A stretch of 63,848 nucleotides of DNA, the filler included, from an uncultured Methanoregulaceae archaeon (GTDB taxonomy: Archaea; Halobacteriota; Methanomicrobia; Methanomicrobiales; Methanospirillaceae): the NCBI GenBank assembly GCA_964530035.1. It is 5 parts of 5 records of this genome, joined end to end, with 100 filler letters (N's around TTAATTAATTAA, not from the genome) between each part and the next. Parts side by side here need not be neighbours in the genome. Positions count along the whole stretch, not along the records: positions 13,900 to 27,270 come from CAZGXZ010000060.1; positions 27,371 to 40,715 come from CAZGXZ010000061.1; 3 more parts are not named here. One strand, given 5' to 3'. A model generated the notes under the pieces. It was not told the DNA's origin, searched no databases, and saw only the letters and a list, made by a program, of their open reading frames with translations. Positions 21,128 through 31,250 of the stretch are shown here, piece after piece. How positions within the stretch are numbered: position 1 is the stretch's first letter; each line of letters opens with the position of its first letter. Position numbers and translations under genes: made by a program.

Positions 21128-21939
21128 GCACCTGCCGCATCAACACCCTTACCATCGGCGGAAAGAACAGCGGCCCAGCCATTATGGCCGTAATCAACAT
21201 CAGCCCCGAATCATTCTATAAGCCGTCCTTTGTCAATCAGCCGGACCTGCATGAAAGGGCATGGGATATGATCCACCAGGGAGCCGCGATCATTGATATT
21301 GGCGCACGCAGCACTGCTCCAGGATCACACCCGATTGACCTGCCTACCGAGCGCCGCCGTGTAACCGGGGCACTCAGGACACTGGACGGAACGGGTCTCA
21401 CGATTTCCGTCGATACGATGTATCCGGAGGTCCTGGAAGCATGCCTTGATTTTGATATACATGCACTCAACGACATCCGGGGCCTCGCTGACCCGATCCT
21501 TGCAAATATGGCCTCTGAAGCAGGAATACCGGTAATAGCCATGGCTTCCTGCGATACCCCCGGAGATGCCACCTGCCTTGCTGAAATTCATCGGAATATT
21601 CGCCTGACCCTGGACAGGGCGCAACGAGCCGGGATCGGTCAGATCGTCCTCGATCCTGGTATCGGGGTCTGGAACAACAACCGCACACCCGAACTGGACT
21701 GGGATATCTGCAGGTCTTTTCCTGACTTTCTTCAATATGGCAGACCACTCCTCGGAGCCGTATCAAGGAAGACCTTCATCGGATCGCTCCTGGGCAGGGA
21801 GCCCGAGGAAAGGCTTGCGGGTACCCTTGCTGTAACCGCTGACCTTGTGAAGAAAGGAGCTGCCCTAATCAGGGCCCACGACATTGCACAGACAAGGGAC
21901 CTTATTGAGGTATACAAAAAGCTCGGGTATCAAAAATGA
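21124..21939 (+). CDS. folP: Dihydropteroate synthase
   Basis: [45 protein letters not shown]. Confidence 0.92.
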   Translation: MSTCRINTLTIGGKNSGPAIMAVINISPESFYKPSFVNQPDLHERAWDMIHQGAAIIDIGARSTAPGSHPIDLPTERRRVTGALRTLDGTGLTISVDTMYPEVLEACLDFDIHALNDIRGLADPILANMASEAGIPVIAMASCDTPGDATCLAEIHRNIRLTLDRAQRAGIGQIVLDPGIGVWNNNRTPELDWDICRSFPDFLQYGRPLLGAVSRKTFIGSLLGREPEERLAGTLAVTADLVKKGAALIRAHDIAQTRDLIEVYKKLGYQK

Positions 21940-22715
21940 TCAAGCCGTATTCTGTGTATCCTGTCCCGACCGGGCTCATCAGGCCTGATGATGACATTAC
22001 CGGTGCCATCCTCCTTTCTGCCCGGGAAAACGTGCCAGGGGGCATCCAGGACGAAGATATCATCGTGTTAGCCGAATCGGCAGTTGCCACGGCGGAGGGC
22101 AGGGTGATCACCCTCGGCACGGTACATCCCGGCCCCGATGCATTCCGGCTGGCCGAACAGTACATGATGGATCCGAGGGTCGTCCAGCTGGTCATAGATG
22201 AAAGCGAGAGTATCGTGGGCGGGATTGACGGATTTATCCTTTCAATGACACACGGTACCCTCCTCCCGAATGCGGGGATAGATGCATCGAACGCACCGCC
22301 AGGTACCGTCGTCCTCCTCCCAAAAGACCCGGACCACTCGGCTGATGTCATAAGGAACACCATCGAAACCAGGACCGGTAAGAAGACAGGTGTTATTATT
22401 GCCGACAGCCGGACCCACGCAATGCGCGTGGGGTGTAGTGGTGTGGCGATCGGGGTATCAGGAGTCCAGGCTATTATCGATGAGCGGGGGAGGACAGACC
22501 TGTTCGGTAAAGTCCTTCATGTTACCCAGCGGGCCGTTGCCGATAACATCGCCTCTGCAGCGGAACTGGTCATGGGTGAGGCTGATGAACGTACCCCGGC
22601 GGCACTGGTCAGGGGTTTGTTCCTGAAAACAGGGGATTATGCGGGTATTGAAACAATGGTGCCTGAAGACTGTCTTTTCATGGGGACCGTGAAACGTGGA
22701 GGTTTCAATCTGTAA
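21936..22715 (+). CDS. CofE/FolC2-family gamma-glutamyl ligase
   Basis: AEGR, PNAGIDASN, LLPKDP, RGRTDLFG, MGEADERTP; divergent DSRTHAMR motif; ATGA-coupled to folP. Confidence 0.88.
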   Translation: MIKPYSVYPVPTGLIRPDDDITGAILLSARENVPGGIQDEDIIVLAESAVATAEGRVITLGTVHPGPDAFRLAEQYMMDPRVVQLVIDESESIVGGIDGFILSMTHGTLLPNAGIDASNAPPGTVVLLPKDPDHSADVIRNTIETRTGKKTGVIIADSRTHAMRVGCSGVAIGVSGVQAIIDERGRTDLFGKVLHVTQRAVADNIASAAELVMGEADERTPAALVRGLFLKTGDYAGIETMVPEDCLFMGTVKRGGFNL

Positions 22716-23346
22716 GTGGCAGGGAGTCCCTGTGAACCCTGAGCCGCCCGTCGGTTATTTCCAGGGAGAATCCGATATCATCAAGAAAACGCCTGCTTTC
22801 GCCTCTCCCATGAAGGAGGACCTCGACAAGGTCGTACGGTTCATCAATATCGATGTGCAGCCGCATCGAGTCGGTCACTTCTGTGGTCATCCCATGTTCG
22901 GCACAATAGTCCCAGTGTTTTTTGAAACTTGCACCATAGTAGCTGGCCCTGAACCTGTGTCCCTCGCGTATTGAAAGGCAGTTTGTGCCTCCCCCCCTCC
23001 CGGGTACGATTGCAACGTCAGCACCAGAAGACACCAGCCTTATTATCGATTCACGGTCTGCAAGGGGAAGGTCTGCCATTATGATGCAGACATGGCCTTT
23101 ATACAGGGGAAGGACCTGGTTGAGCGTTTCATTGAGCCCCGATTCCACGACCTGGACCTCGGTATCAGGAAACGAAAAGGGATGCGTACTTAAAATACGG
23201 GGGGTACACCCTGCAGCCCTGACTGCACGGGTAACATCGGTGAGCATGGCACATGCAAAACTGGCCCTTTCCACCCGAGACATGACGGATGACAACCGTG
23301 TCTTCGGATTTTGAGGTTTGAAGGGGATTATTGCCGTGATGGGCAT
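22705..23346 (-). CDS. cofC: 2-phospho-L-lactate guanylyltransferase (F420 biosynthesis)
   Basis: IIPFK..NPKTRLS, IMADLPL, PGRGGGTN, SFKKH, DIDEP.DL. Confidence 0.95.
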   Translation of the reverse strand: MPITAIIPFKPQNPKTRLSSVMSRVERASFACAMLTDVTRAVRAAGCTPRILSTHPFSFPDTEVQVVESGLNETLNQVLPLYKGHVCIIMADLPLADRESIIRLVSSGADVAIVPGRGGGTNCLSIREGHRFRASYYGASFKKHWDYCAEHGMTTEVTDSMRLHIDIDEPYDLVEVLLHGRGESRRFLDDIGFSLEITDGRLRVHRDSLPLTD

Positions 23347-23445
23347 TTCATCTGTGTTTGCTCGTATCAGCCAAAAAATCATCGTTCCCTGGCTGGAACG
23401 GGTATCACCTCACCTTGAATACCGCAGACATCATATAGATATACC

Positions 23446-24432
23446 GTGGCGAGCCGTGTCATTACGTATTCGCGTAACATCTTCATTCCGCTGACACATG
23501 TCTGCAGGAATACCTGCGGGTACTGTTCGTTCAGACAGCCGGTTTCAGAGGGTGCGCTGATGAAACCTGATGAAGTCACCGGTGTCCTGAAACACGGTGC
23601 ACGACTCGGGTGTACAGAGGCACTCTTCACATTTGGTGAGCGTCCCGAGGAGGTTGATGGCTTTCTCCCATTTCTTCATGCGCTCGGTTATAGGACCATT
23701 CTGGAGTACTGTCTTGACATGTGCCGTGAAAGCATCAGAGCAGGTGTCCTCCCCCACACGAATGCAGGAGTCATGACATACGGAGAACTGAAGAAGCTCG
23801 CACCTTATAATGCAAGCATGGGGCTCATGCTTGAAACGACCGCTGACCTGCCTGCCCACCAAAAATCCCCGGGAAAAAAACCTGAAAAACGGTTATCTGT
23901 GATTGCGAATGCAGGCAGGCTGAAAATCCCCTTCACTACGGGCATCCTGGTAGGAATAGGCGAAACCGCGGAGGACCGGCGCAGGTCTCTCATGGAGATT
24001 GCCCGTCTCCACCGCAGGTATGGCCACATCCAGGAGGTCATTATCCAGAACTTCACCCCGCGTGAAGGTATGGCAATGGCTGCAATTCCCGCACCAGCCG
24101 TGGATGTGATGTGCGACACCGTGAAAATGGCACGGGAGATCCTGCCTGATGAAATCGCGGTGCAGATCCCTCCAAACCTCGCCGAAGCCCGCACCCTGCT
24201 TCCCTGCGGTGCGACGGACCTTGGCGGGATTTCACCTCTGACCATTGACTTCATAAATCCTGACCACCCATGGCCTGAATTCGATGCGATGGTCAAAATG
24301 ACTGCAGGGTACCACCTGAGGGAGCGGCTATGCATCTATCCCCGGTTCATCGCGAAGGGATGGTTCCACCCGCGGTTACATGCACTTATTCATAAACTCG
24401 AGCGAACGATCAGAGAACGGGAGACCGAATAA
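23446..24432 (+). CDS. cofG: FO synthase subunit 1 (radical SAM)
   Basis: ITYSRNIFIPLT.VCRNTCGYC, PHTNAG, SMGLMLE, QEVIIQNF, QIPPNL, NPDHPWP. Confidence 0.96.
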   Translation: MASRVITYSRNIFIPLTHVCRNTCGYCSFRQPVSEGALMKPDEVTGVLKHGARLGCTEALFTFGERPEEVDGFLPFLHALGYRTILEYCLDMCRESIRAGVLPHTNAGVMTYGELKKLAPYNASMGLMLETTADLPAHQKSPGKKPEKRLSVIANAGRLKIPFTTGILVGIGETAEDRRRSLMEIARLHRRYGHIQEVIIQNFTPREGMAMAAIPAPAVDVMCDTVKMAREILPDEIAVQIPPNLAEARTLLPCGATDLGGISPLTIDFINPDHPWPEFDAMVKMTAGYHLRERLCIYPRFIAKGWFHPRLHALIHKLERTIRERETE

Positions 24433-25139
24433 TGGACAGCGAAACCCCCCTCTACTCAGGAAAGGCGAAATCCCTCTACCGCACTGCAAACCCTGGCGAG
24501 ATGCTGATGCGATTCCGCGACGACATTACCGCATTTGATGGTGGAAAAAAGGATACCCTTTCCGGAAAGGGTTCCAGAAATGCCGCGGTGTCATCGTATT
24601 TCTTCAGTCTTCTCGAAAACAATGGCATCAGGACTCATTTCATCAGGATGGAGTCTGAGAACGCGATGATTGTCAGGGACCTCACGATGATCCCCCTGGA
24701 AGTCATCGTCCGGAACATCGCCGCGGGTTCGCTGGTCAGGAACTACCCCTTCACCGAAGGGATGATTCTCAAGCCACCGGTGATTGTCATTGACTATAAG
24801 GACGACACCAGACACGACCCTATGCTCAATGATGATATAATCCTGGCACTCGGGCTTCTCGACAGGGCATCGCTCACCCGGCTGAAACAGATTGCGCGCC
24901 GGATCAACAATGTTCTTTCAAGGGATTTGAAAAAGAAAGGGATCGTGCTCGTTGATTTCAAACTGGAATTTGGTTTCATCGGGGGGGAGATCCTGGTAGG
25001 TGATGAGATCAGCATGGACTCAATGCGACTCTGGGATGGAAAAACGCATGAGTCCCTTGACAAGGACGTGTACAGGTTCGATAAAGGTGACGTCCTTTCG
25101 ACATACCGTTCAGTTTCCGACAGGATACTGACCGGATGA
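24432..25139 (+). CDS. purC: SAICAR synthase
   Basis: LYSGKAK, IPLEVIVRNIAAGS, LVDFKLEFG, DEIS.DS.RLWD, LDKDVYR. Confidence 0.96.
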   Translation: MDSETPLYSGKAKSLYRTANPGEMLMRFRDDITAFDGGKKDTLSGKGSRNAAVSSYFFSLLENNGIRTHFIRMESENAMIVRDLTMIPLEVIVRNIAAGSLVRNYPFTEGMILKPPVIVIDYKDDTRHDPMLNDDIILALGLLDRASLTRLKQIARRINNVLSRDLKKKGIVLVDFKLEFGFIGGEILVGDEISMDSMRLWDGKTHESLDKDVYRFDKGDVLSTYRSVSDRILTG

Positions 25140-25214
25140 GACTATCACCGGAACGCCTAGCTCCATGATAGCCTGATGACAATGAATATCATGCAAAGGC
25201 ATGAACAATGAAAC

Positions 25215-25496
25215 ATGACAGCAGATGAAGAGCCGGTAACCGCTGAGGACCTGACCTCATGGGCCAGGCGATATGCCTCCTCAAAGGGCTGGAGGCTGAA
25301 TGACGACCAGGACAAACTGGGTATTGTTATTCGGGGCCTTTTACGGAACAAGGAGAGGTTCGGCGAGCGATATTGTCCATGTCGCATCCGGAGCGGGGAC
25401 AGGGAGAGGGACCAGGATATCATCTGCCCCTGCGTCTTCCACGTGGATGAAATCGAACAGGACGGCCAGTGTCACTGCAACCTTTTCTTCAGGTAA
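25215..25496 (+). CDS. Ferredoxin:thioredoxin reductase catalytic-subunit-like protein
   Basis: YCPCR, ICPC and CHC motifs of the FTR Fe4S4/disulfide site. Confidence 0.92.
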   Translation: MTADEEPVTAEDLTSWARRYASSKGWRLNDDQDKLGIVIRGLLRNKERFGERYCPCRIRSGDRERDQDIICPCVFHVDEIEQDGQCHCNLFFR

Positions 25497-25555
25497 TAAC
25501 TTTTTCTCAGCCGTGGCTGGTACCAGCCGGGCAGGGTTCCACTATGGGACTTCTT

Positions 25556-27190
25556 CTACCTGTACCTTAAAGCCTGCCAGAGAGCCCCAAATCCTACTAT
25601 AACCGCAATAACATATCCAAAAAGCGCCATGTAGAACACACTTTCCGGCAACGCAATACCCGACCCGGACAGGACTAATGACGACCCGATGATGAGGGCT
25701 GCAATAATCATCCCGGTAAGCACTTTGTTGCTTGAACGATCAAGGGATTCCTGGAGCTTTTTTATATCTGTATCAACGATCTCGATCCTGAAGGTTCCGC
25801 TGGAAATCCGCCGCATCATCTGCGAGAGGACCCTGGGAAACTCGAACATACCGTCGATGACCTCAATAGCAGATCGCGTGACCTTGTTCAGCACATCAGA
25901 CGAAAGAGTCTGACTGATGGATATCCGTTTGAGGTATATCCTTGACTCTTCAAGGAAATTGAAACCAGGGTCGAGCTTGGCAGCGATATCCAGAACCATG
26001 ACCATGACCTTGAGCATCAGCATAAGGTTCGTTGGGACCCTGATCTGATACCGCCTCAAAACATCCGTGAGGCTAGCGACAAGCCCTCCGAATGAATAGC
26101 ACCCTGCTGTAAAACTTTCTGCATCAAGCAGTGTAAGGTACAGTTCGTCACGGAGCGACTCACGATCCTCTTCCCGGATGGTGATCCCAAGCTTTTCAAA
26201 GCTCTGGAGGAGGAGGTCGCAATCGGCATTGATGATGGCAAACAGGATCCTGATGAAGTATTGTCGTCTCTCAGGCCGTAGTACTCCCATGACGCCAAAA
26301 TCAAGGAATATTATGTCGCCTGTCGTGGAAACCAGAAGATTTCCGGGATGAGGGTCACCGTGAAAAAAACCATCTTCGAATATCATTTTCATATATGCCT
26401 CAAATCCCCGCCTGGCAAGGTTCTTTGGATTGATCCCCATTGCCACGATATCTTCTGTCCGATCAATCCTGACGCCATCAACATATTCCATGACCAGGAG
26501 GTCGCTGCTGCTGTATTCCCAATATATCTTGGGAACTCGTATCCCGGGAATTCCAGAAAAATATGCCCTCATCCGGTCGGCATTTTTTCCATCGTGAATA
26601 AAATCAAGCTCATGCCTGATCTGTGATGCAAAATCATGGACTATCCCTTTCGGATTATAAATCCTTGACTCAGGAAATACTGATTCAAGCCGGGATGCGA
26701 GTGACTGGAGGACCGCGATATCGGTTTCCACCAGCTCGTCAACACCGGGACGCTTGATCTTCAATGCAACGGTTCTTCCATCAAGGAGGACGGCACGGTG
26801 GACCTGGGCCAGAGAAGCGGATGCTACTGGCACCTGGTCAATCCCGCTGAATATCCCGGGAGGGGGGAGAGCGGCGCCCCGTTCTGAAGATAAGATCTGG
26901 TCATAAGGTACCGGGCTGACCTGGTCCTGGAGCTTTTTCAGTTCTTCGATCAGCAGGGGTGGGAGAAGTTCCTCCCTGGTGCTCATGATCTGACCGAACT
27001 TGACAAATGTCGGACCAAGATCCTCGATAGCCATCCGGATCCGTTCATAGACCGAACGTCCGGCATCAGGAGACGTCTGCCGGAACCGCAATGACCTGAC
27101 GCCGGGCAGGATATCCGCCAGCAGGACGCCAAAGCCGTACTTAACGAGGACATCAACAATCTGCCCGTATCTCCTGAAGCGAGTGACCAT
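25556..27190 (-). CDS. UbiB/ABC1 (AarF) atypical protein kinase
   Basis: LGPTFVKFGQIMSTR, ASASLAQVH, VALKIKRP, FFHGDPHPGN, LDFG, two C-terminal TMs. Confidence 0.94.
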   Translation of the reverse strand: MVTRFRRYGQIVDVLVKYGFGVLLADILPGVRSLRFRQTSPDAGRSVYERIRMAIEDLGPTFVKFGQIMSTREELLPPLLIEELKKLQDQVSPVPYDQILSSERGAALPPPGIFSGIDQVPVASASLAQVHRAVLLDGRTVALKIKRPGVDELVETDIAVLQSLASRLESVFPESRIYNPKGIVHDFASQIRHELDFIHDGKNADRMRAYFSGIPGIRVPKIYWEYSSSDLLVMEYVDGVRIDRTEDIVAMGINPKNLARRGFEAYMKMIFEDGFFHGDPHPGNLLVSTTGDIIFLDFGVMGVLRPERRQYFIRILFAIINADCDLLLQSFEKLGITIREEDRESLRDELYLTLLDAESFTAGCYSFGGLVASLTDVLRRYQIRVPTNLMLMLKVMVMVLDIAAKLDPGFNFLEESRIYLKRISISQTLSSDVLNKVTRSAIEVIDGMFEFPRVLSQMMRRISSGTFRIEIVDTDIKKLQESLDRSSNKVLTGMIIAALIIGSSLVLSGSGIALPESVFYMALFGYVIAVIVGFGALWQALRYR

Positions 27191-27270
27191 TTTTCCTCCC
27201 GGGCGCATCCTGGGGGATGACGCCCGCCCTCGTTAACGGTGAGTAAAATACGCTACGATACCTTCAAGGT

Positions 27271-27370
27271 NNNNNNNNNNNNNNNNNNNNNNNNNNNNNN
27301 NNNNNNNNNNNNNNTTAATTAATTAANNNNNNNNNNNNNNNNNNNNNNNNNNNNNNNNNNNNNNNNNNNN
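27271..27370. other. Artificial contig linker
   Basis: N-TTAATTAATTAA-N. Confidence 0.97.
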
Positions 27371-27511
27371 ATACTCCCGGAGGTCGGCAAACTCGACCCC
27401 CTGTCCCTTGAACACGGAGTGGTGCTTCCCGGCCTGGAGTCCCTGGACGCGGGCCCGGGTGGTGATGTCGATCCGGCGGATCTGGCGGATGAGTTCTTTC
27501 CGGCTGGTCAT
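27371..27511 (-). CDS. DUF58 protein N-terminus (continues at window position 1)
   Basis: MTSRKELIRQIRRIDITT...GKHHSVFKGQGVEFADLREY. Confidence 0.9.
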
Positions 27512-27529
27512 ACCGGCCTCACCGCCGTG

Positions 27530-28516
27530 TCACGGCACCTTCACCGCACGGAGCACGGTGCCGGTGATCTGGTCCCCGGTGACATTGTCGGCTTCGGCCT
27601 CGTAGGTCAGGATCAGGCGGTGCCTGAGGACATCGTGGGCGATCGCCTTGACGTCCTCCGGGAGGACATACCCCCTGCCCTTCAGCATGGCGTGGGCCTT
27701 GGCACCGAGGACCAGGTAGATGGAGGCACGGGGCGAGGCGCCGAAGGCGATGTACCCGCCAAGGTCGAGGCCGTACTGCTCCGGGTGCCGGGTCGCATCC
27801 ACGATCGAGGCGGCGTACTCCTTGATCGCCGAGTCCGCGTAGACCTTCCGGGTAAATGCCTGGACCTCGAGGAGCCGCCCGACCGGCATCACCTTCTGTG
27901 GAATTGCCGAAATGCCCTCGGTAAAGCGGTCGAGGACGGTGACCTCATCACGTTTTGCAGGGTAGGTCATCATCACCTTGAACATGAACCGGTCCACCTG
28001 GGCCTCGGGGAGGGGGTAGGTCCCCTCGGACTCGATCGGGTTCTCGGTGGCGAGGACGAAGAAGGGGCGGGGCAGCGGGTGGGTCTCGCCCTGGATGGTC
28101 ACCTGCCGTTCCTGCATCGCCTCGAGGAGGGCGGACTGGACCTTGGGAGGTGCCCGGTTGATCTCGTCAGCAAGGACAAAATTGACAAATATCGGGCCTT
28201 TCACGGTAAAAAACGAGGAGTCCTTCTGGTTGTACACTTTCGTCCCCATGATGTCCGAGGGGAGGATGTCGGGAGTGAACTGGAGCCGCGTGAAGCTGCA
28301 GTCGATGCATTGCGAAAGCGTCCGGATCGTGAGCGTCTTCGCGATCCCCGGGACGCCTTCGAGGAGGACATGGCCGTCGGCGCAGAGCGCGATGAGGAGC
28401 CGGTTGATAACAGCTTCCTGGCCGACGATTACCTTGTGCAGTTCATTGCGGAGCTGGGCGAGGTCTTCTGCATAACGCCTCGCCTGCTCCGTCAGCAGGA
28501 GGATATCGGAATCCAT
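27530..28516 (-). CDS. moxR: MoxR-family AAA+ ATPase
   Basis: LLEGVPGIAKT, QFTPDILPSD, LADEINRAPPKVQSALLEAMQE, GTYPLPEAQVDRF, GASPR, LRHR. Confidence 0.96.
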   Translation of the reverse strand: MDSDILLLTEQARRYAEDLAQLRNELHKVIVGQEAVINRLLIALCADGHVLLEGVPGIAKTLTIRTLSQCIDCSFTRLQFTPDILPSDIMGTKVYNQKDSSFFTVKGPIFVNFVLADEINRAPPKVQSALLEAMQERQVTIQGETHPLPRPFFVLATENPIESEGTYPLPEAQVDRFMFKVMMTYPAKRDEVTVLDRFTEGISAIPQKVMPVGRLLEVQAFTRKVYADSAIKEYAASIVDATRHPEQYGLDLGGYIAFGASPRASIYLVLGAKAHAMLKGRGYVLPEDVKAIAHDVLRHRLILTYEAEADNVTGDQITGTVLRAVKVP

Positions 28517-28787
28517 TGAATCACCGCCTGAAATGGTGGTCGTGTCTGTCTGCCGGGATGGTCCCGGCAGCGGATATGTGAGCCCTCACCCGTATCAGGT
28601 ACAAAAAATATTCCGATAAATGCTTTCCCTGTCCGGGATTCCGGGTGAGGACCCGGGACTTTTCCGGTCATGGCCGTTTCGGGCATCCTGGCGTGCCCGC
28701 CGCAATCCGGAAGCGGTATGAGGCGGGTATGGCCGGCCCCGCGGTGGATATGCTCAAATAGGTTCGGGTGCGTATGGTTTGACGAGT

Positions 28788-29852
28788 ATGTCCGGGACAC
28801 CAGGACCCCGCGGGGTTGAACGGACGGTCATCCTGGCAGCCTGCACGTTCATCATCCTGGCAGGCATCAGGATGTTTTCCGACTTCTTCGGCCCCCTTGC
28901 CATCTCGGTGATCGTTGCCGTTTTATTCACCCTCGTATCAAGATGGCTCCAGAAAAAAGGCTTTTCACCGGCCGTTTCCGGCACTGCTGCCTTCGTGCTC
29001 TTCCTCCTCTGCATCGCCGGGATCGTCGCCCTCGTCATCCTCTCCCTCCTCCCCCTGATCAGTCATATCCCTGCATACGAGGACGCCCTGGCCAGGAACC
29101 TCCAGGGTGTGCAGGTGACGGCCGAGTCCCTCGGGGTCGTCACGGACGGGGGACCTGACTACCCCGGACTGGTAAGGTCCTATTCCGGGGCGGTTCAGGG
29201 ACTCGTGTCCGGTATCATCAACCGGGTGGTGCTCATCTTCATCGTCATCTTCACCACCTTCTTCCTCCTCCTTGAAGCAGGGGGCTACTCCCGGAAGATC
29301 GACCGGATCCTGAACGAGGCGAACCCGGCGCTCAGGGACAACATCGGTGAGTTCCGCCAGACGCTCGTGGACTACATCATTGTCCGCACCAAGGTGAACC
29401 TCCTCGTCGGCGTATTGTTCGGGGCTGTGCTGGCGCTGCTCGGCGTTGAAGGAGCGGTACTCTGGGGCTTCCTGATGTTCATCATGGGCTACATCCCGTA
29501 CATCGGTTTTTTCATCGCCCTCGTGCCCCCCGTCCTCCTCGCGTGGATAGACCTCGGTGCTGGGGCGGCGGTCCTCGTCCTCGCGGTCGCGGTCATTGTC
29601 AACGAGCTCGCGGAATACCTCCTCTTCCCGCACCTGGCAGGAAAACAGCTGAACATCTCGGCAACGGTGGTCTTCCTCTCGCTCCTCTTCTGGGGGTTCG
29701 TGCTCGGCGGGTTCGGTATCCTCGCCGGTGTCCCGCTCACGATGCTCGTCTACCTCGTCATGAAAAGTTTCGACGAGACCCGCTGGATCGCCGACCTCAT
29801 GGAGGCCGACACCGGGGACGGTCACGAGGACGGCACCGGCAGGTCTTCCTGA
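28788..29852 (+). CDS. AI-2E family transporter
   Basis: About 8 TMs; YIPYIG, LFP.L.GK.LNIS, FWGFVLG..G..AGVPLT. Confidence 0.92.
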   Translation: MSGTPGPRGVERTVILAACTFIILAGIRMFSDFFGPLAISVIVAVLFTLVSRWLQKKGFSPAVSGTAAFVLFLLCIAGIVALVILSLLPLISHIPAYEDALARNLQGVQVTAESLGVVTDGGPDYPGLVRSYSGAVQGLVSGIINRVVLIFIVIFTTFFLLLEAGGYSRKIDRILNEANPALRDNIGEFRQTLVDYIIVRTKVNLLVGVLFGAVLALLGVEGAVLWGFLMFIMGYIPYIGFFIALVPPVLLAWIDLGAGAAVLVLAVAVIVNELAEYLLFPHLAGKQLNISATVVFLSLLFWGFVLGGFGILAGVPLTMLVYLVMKSFDETRWIADLMEADTGDGHEDGTGRSS

Positions 29853-30221
29853 CCGCCAGGTACGGGTTTCAGCTGTTCAGCTTTCATGGCCCGTGCCCCT
29901 CTTTTTTAGGGATGGATCCAGGATCGATATGACCGCGTCGCGGTCCAGGAGAGAAAACCGGTCCAAGGCCGGTCCTCGCGGACGAAATCCTCGAGTGGCA
30001 GAGGGGTCTGTCATTCTGGATGAATACACCCCTTACTCATACCCTTTTAGAATACCTGTCCCGCCAGGGAAGGCCAGGAGGTGAATCATGAGCCGATCCT
30101 CCTGGGCTTCCCCTTCCCTCCGAAGGATTAATGTAAAGCCTCTGGTCCACGCGCCTCCAATCAATACCTATTAGTCATTGGCATACGGATTCTCACTCAT
30201 CACAGGTACGAGGGCGGATGG

Positions 30222-31250
30222 ATGCAGATGAAAACCGTAACCGTTATCGGGATTTTGTGTGCATGTTCCGTAGCCGTTCTCGCAGGTATGTGGTATTATG
30301 CATTTTCAGGTCCCGGGCCGCAGGGACCTCCTGATGATGTCAGCGTCGGTTTTCTATCAGACGAATCATCAGGACTCGTCTTTATCGCCGACGAAAAAGG
30401 GTTTTTTACCACCCATGGACTCAACCTGTCCCTGACGAGGTATCCGAACGGGGCGACGGCTATCCAGGCGATGAAGAATGGTGAGGTCAACCTCACGCTT
30501 TCATCCGAATTTCCCCTGGTGGCCGAGATCATCGGCGGCCAGGACATAGTAATCGCCGGAGCAGTCGACAAATACTATGGAACGGCTATTGTTGCCCACC
30601 GTGACCGTGGGATCCTCAATCCCTCTGATCTCAGGGGAAAGACCATATCCATGTCAAAAAACAGTATCGGAGAGTTCTACCTCGGCCGGTTTCTTGACCT
30701 GCACGGGATCAGGCTGAGGGAGATCAACATTACCGACCGCCCCCCGGATACGTTCATGACCGACATGTCCGGTAACAGCACCATCGATGCGGCTGTGGTA
30801 ACCTCCCAGAACGCCTGGCTCCTGCTCAGCCAGCCTGGAAACCAGTATATCACATTTCCTGCCGAGAGCAACCAGGCCACGTACAAAGTTGTTGCCGGCA
30901 AGCGGGACTGGGTGGAAAGGAACCCCCGTGCCATGGCCCGTTTCCTGCAGGCCCTTGATGAAGCTTCACAGTTTGCCGTCACGTACCCCGGGGAGGCACA
31001 GGCCGTTGTCAGGAAACACCTGAATAGTACGGACGACCGCATCCGGAGTGTCTGGCCGGAGCATGATTACTCCCTCACGCTCGACCAGTCAATTATCCTT
31101 GCGATGGAGGACGAAGCCCGGTGGATGGTCCGCAACAACCTGACCAGGGCGACATCCGTCCCGAATTTTCTCGACCACATCTCAACCCGGGGCATGGAAT
31201 CTGTAAAACCGGGCGCCGTAACCATCATCCGGCGGAGTGAACGATCATGA
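30222..31250 (+). CDS. Membrane-anchored SsuA/NMT1(THI5)-type substrate-binding protein
   Basis: N-terminal TM; IADEKGFF..HGL, DLRGKTI, FL.AL..A..F....P.EA; LSLDQS-like ...AMEDEARW tail. Confidence 0.88.
   Translation: MQMKTVTVIGILCACSVAVLAGMWYYAFSGPGPQGPPDDVSVGFLSDESSGLVFIADEKGFFTTHGLNLSLTRYPNGATAIQAMKNGEVNLTLSSEFPLVAEIIGGQDIVIAGAVDKYYGTAIVAHRDRGILNPSDLRGKTISMSKNSIGEFYLGRFLDLHGIRLREINITDRPPDTFMTDMSGNSTIDAAVVTSQNAWLLLSQPGNQYITFPAESNQATYKVVAGKRDWVERNPRAMARFLQALDEASQFAVTYPGEAQAVVRKHLNSTDDRIRSVWPEHDYSLTLDQSIILAMEDEARWMVRNNLTRATSVPNFLDHISTRGMESVKPGAVTIIRRSERS

Noticed and set aside
25215..25496. Plant-type FTR catalytic subunit in an archaeon
   Set aside because: FTR-like proteins are already documented in methanogens.
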